A stretch of DNA of 64,000 nucleotides from Setoptus koraiensis (lineage: Eukaryota; Animalia; Arthropoda), in contig CM106586.1 of assembly GCA_048013815.1 (NCBI GenBank), positions 15,438,001 to 15,502,000 of the forward strand. The letters are read 5' to 3'. The first letter of the stretch is position 1. Each line of letters begins with the position of its first letter. The position numbers were made by a program, and so were the translations under genes. Under the pieces are notes generated by a model that did not search any database, had not been told where the DNA came from, and saw only the letters and a list, made by a program, of their open reading frames with translations. Of the stretch, positions 62,842-64,000 are shown in pieces.

Positions 62842-63330
62842 ATGTCAATGTTAGAAAACATATTTGTAAACGTTTTCGGTCGCTCAAAGTCGTCCAAGAA
62901 CTCAAAAAATCGAGCTCAGAACAACCAACAAAATACCAACCAATCTAATGTAGCTGATATGACGGGGCCCTTCTCTGGGCCTAGTATGCCTCAACCTCCG
63001 ACGCTTCCCTATCCACCACCAGCGCCATATCCAGCCTCCTCATTTTATCCCCAGTTACCTTTTAGCCAACACACCGATGATGCCTCAGCTTTAAATGATC
63101 CCGCTAACAACTATCAAAAGGGATTTATGCCCAACAGCCACGTAGCACCTCTAGATTCAGTGCCATTCGAAACTAATCTAACCTTAGGTAGTTCCTCAAA
63201 TCTGACCAGCTTGGACAACTTATTCAAGGATATTAAACGATCTGCAGATGTTGTCGATCAAGTGGATAGCTATCTGAAGTCGAATGAGAGCGAATACGAT
63301 TTCAGAGTCGAAAGAGGCTTCCTTTTATGA
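62842..63330 (+). CDS. UMA-domain (UBAP1-MVB12-associated) protein, UMAD1-like
   Basis: Proline-rich N-terminal half followed by LDSVPFE...YDFRVERGFL, typical of the UMA domain. Confidence 0.75.
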   Translation: MSMLENIFVNVFGRSKSSKNSKNRAQNNQQNTNQSNVADMTGPFSGPSMPQPPTLPYPPPAPYPASSFYPQLPFSQHTDDASALNDPANNYQKGFMPNSHVAPLDSVPFETNLTLGSSSNLTSLDNLFKDIKRSADVVDQVDSYLKSNESEYDFRVERGFLL

Positions 63331-63571
63331 GTGAGCTATGCATCTTATCTATTAGTTCACTACTACGTTGAATTGCAACTATCATAACTATCAACTTTAC
63401 TCAATGTACTAGAAGTCATCAAGGGCCTTACTATGAGTTTAACATATTTGCTTCAAGCATGTATCATGACCACCAGAAAGGTAAATCAGGTTGCATCATA
63501 TAACCGTTATAACCGGAATTCTAAATACTGAATTAATCGGTCGGTACAAATAAAAAGTGTAAATTAGGACA

Positions 63572-64000
63572 TTATTTATTATGAAAGTTGGTTTCCAAGT
63601 GGTACACTGTTTTGAGCTTTTCATCGATGTCGTCTGGACAATCGGTCATCACATCTCGACCAGTGGAAGACTTTGGGAAAGCGATAACCTCCCTTATTGT
63701 AGATCTTCCAAGTAGCAATGAAACTAATCTATCCATCCCGATTGCTATACCACCGTGAGGAGGACACCCTGAGTGCAGAGCATCAATGAAATAACCAAAT
63801 ACATTTTGTTTCACGTTTAGGATCTTCTCGAAAACGTATTTTTGAATTTCGTGATCATGGATACGTATGGAGCCACCAGCAATCTCCTGTCCATTCAAAA
63901 CAAGATCAAAATGTTGACCAACTACTTGAGTTGGGTCCGACAATAGGAGATGTTTAGTTGACTCACTTGGAGCAGTGAATGGATGATGACTTGATTCTAA
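63572..64000 (-). CDS. DARS2: Mitochondrial aspartyl-tRNA synthetase, 3' part (runs off the window)
   Basis: LESSHHPFTAP, HFDLVLNGQEIAGGSIRIHD, GCPPHGGIAIGMDRL and IREVIAFPK; frame open to position 64000. Confidence 0.95.
   Translation of the reverse strand, partial: LESSHHPFTAPSESTKHLLLSDPTQVVGQHFDLVLNGQEIAGGSIRIHDHEIQKYVFEKILNVKQNVFGYFIDALHSGCPPHGGIAIGMDRLVSLLLGRSTIREVIAFPKSSTGRDVMTDCPDDIDEKLKTVYHLETNFHNK

Overview
Eukaryotic nuclear DNA from a compact, intron-poor arthropod. An acariform or eriophyoid-type mite is my inference, based on intronless housekeeping genes, ~90-210 bp introns and a DM4/DM12-like protein. About 20 genes are supported: the last exon of an Mnx/exex homeobox gene, a small secreted orphan, FPPS, STRAP, two identical V-ATPase c genes, GAPDH, an SDR, an LMO/Beadex gene with a nested antisense gene, STX18, a truncated DNAJC16, NAA20, an SLC7 transporter, PEX16, a 3beta-HSD-like gene, an MFSD6-like gene, ACTL6, MPV17L2, a UMA-domain gene and the 3' end of DARS2. 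The main structure lies at 14.6-23.0 kb and is a ~8.4 kb gene palindrome. Its two ~2.4 kb arms are near-identical and each carries V-ATPase c. Decayed mirror remnants lie just outside the identical zone, with SDR dead on the left and GAPDH dead on the right, which indicates reciprocal gene loss and probably arm-to-arm conversion. In the spacer, the live GAPDH sits under a diverged copy of the V-ATPase c upstream region. That copy is split by a 1372-bp TG..CA element. Two further direct-repeat pairs (32.3/40.6 kb, and 57.2/60.0 kb flanking ACTL6) indicate recurrent local duplication. All alignments and identities were judged by eye, and no database searches were possible.
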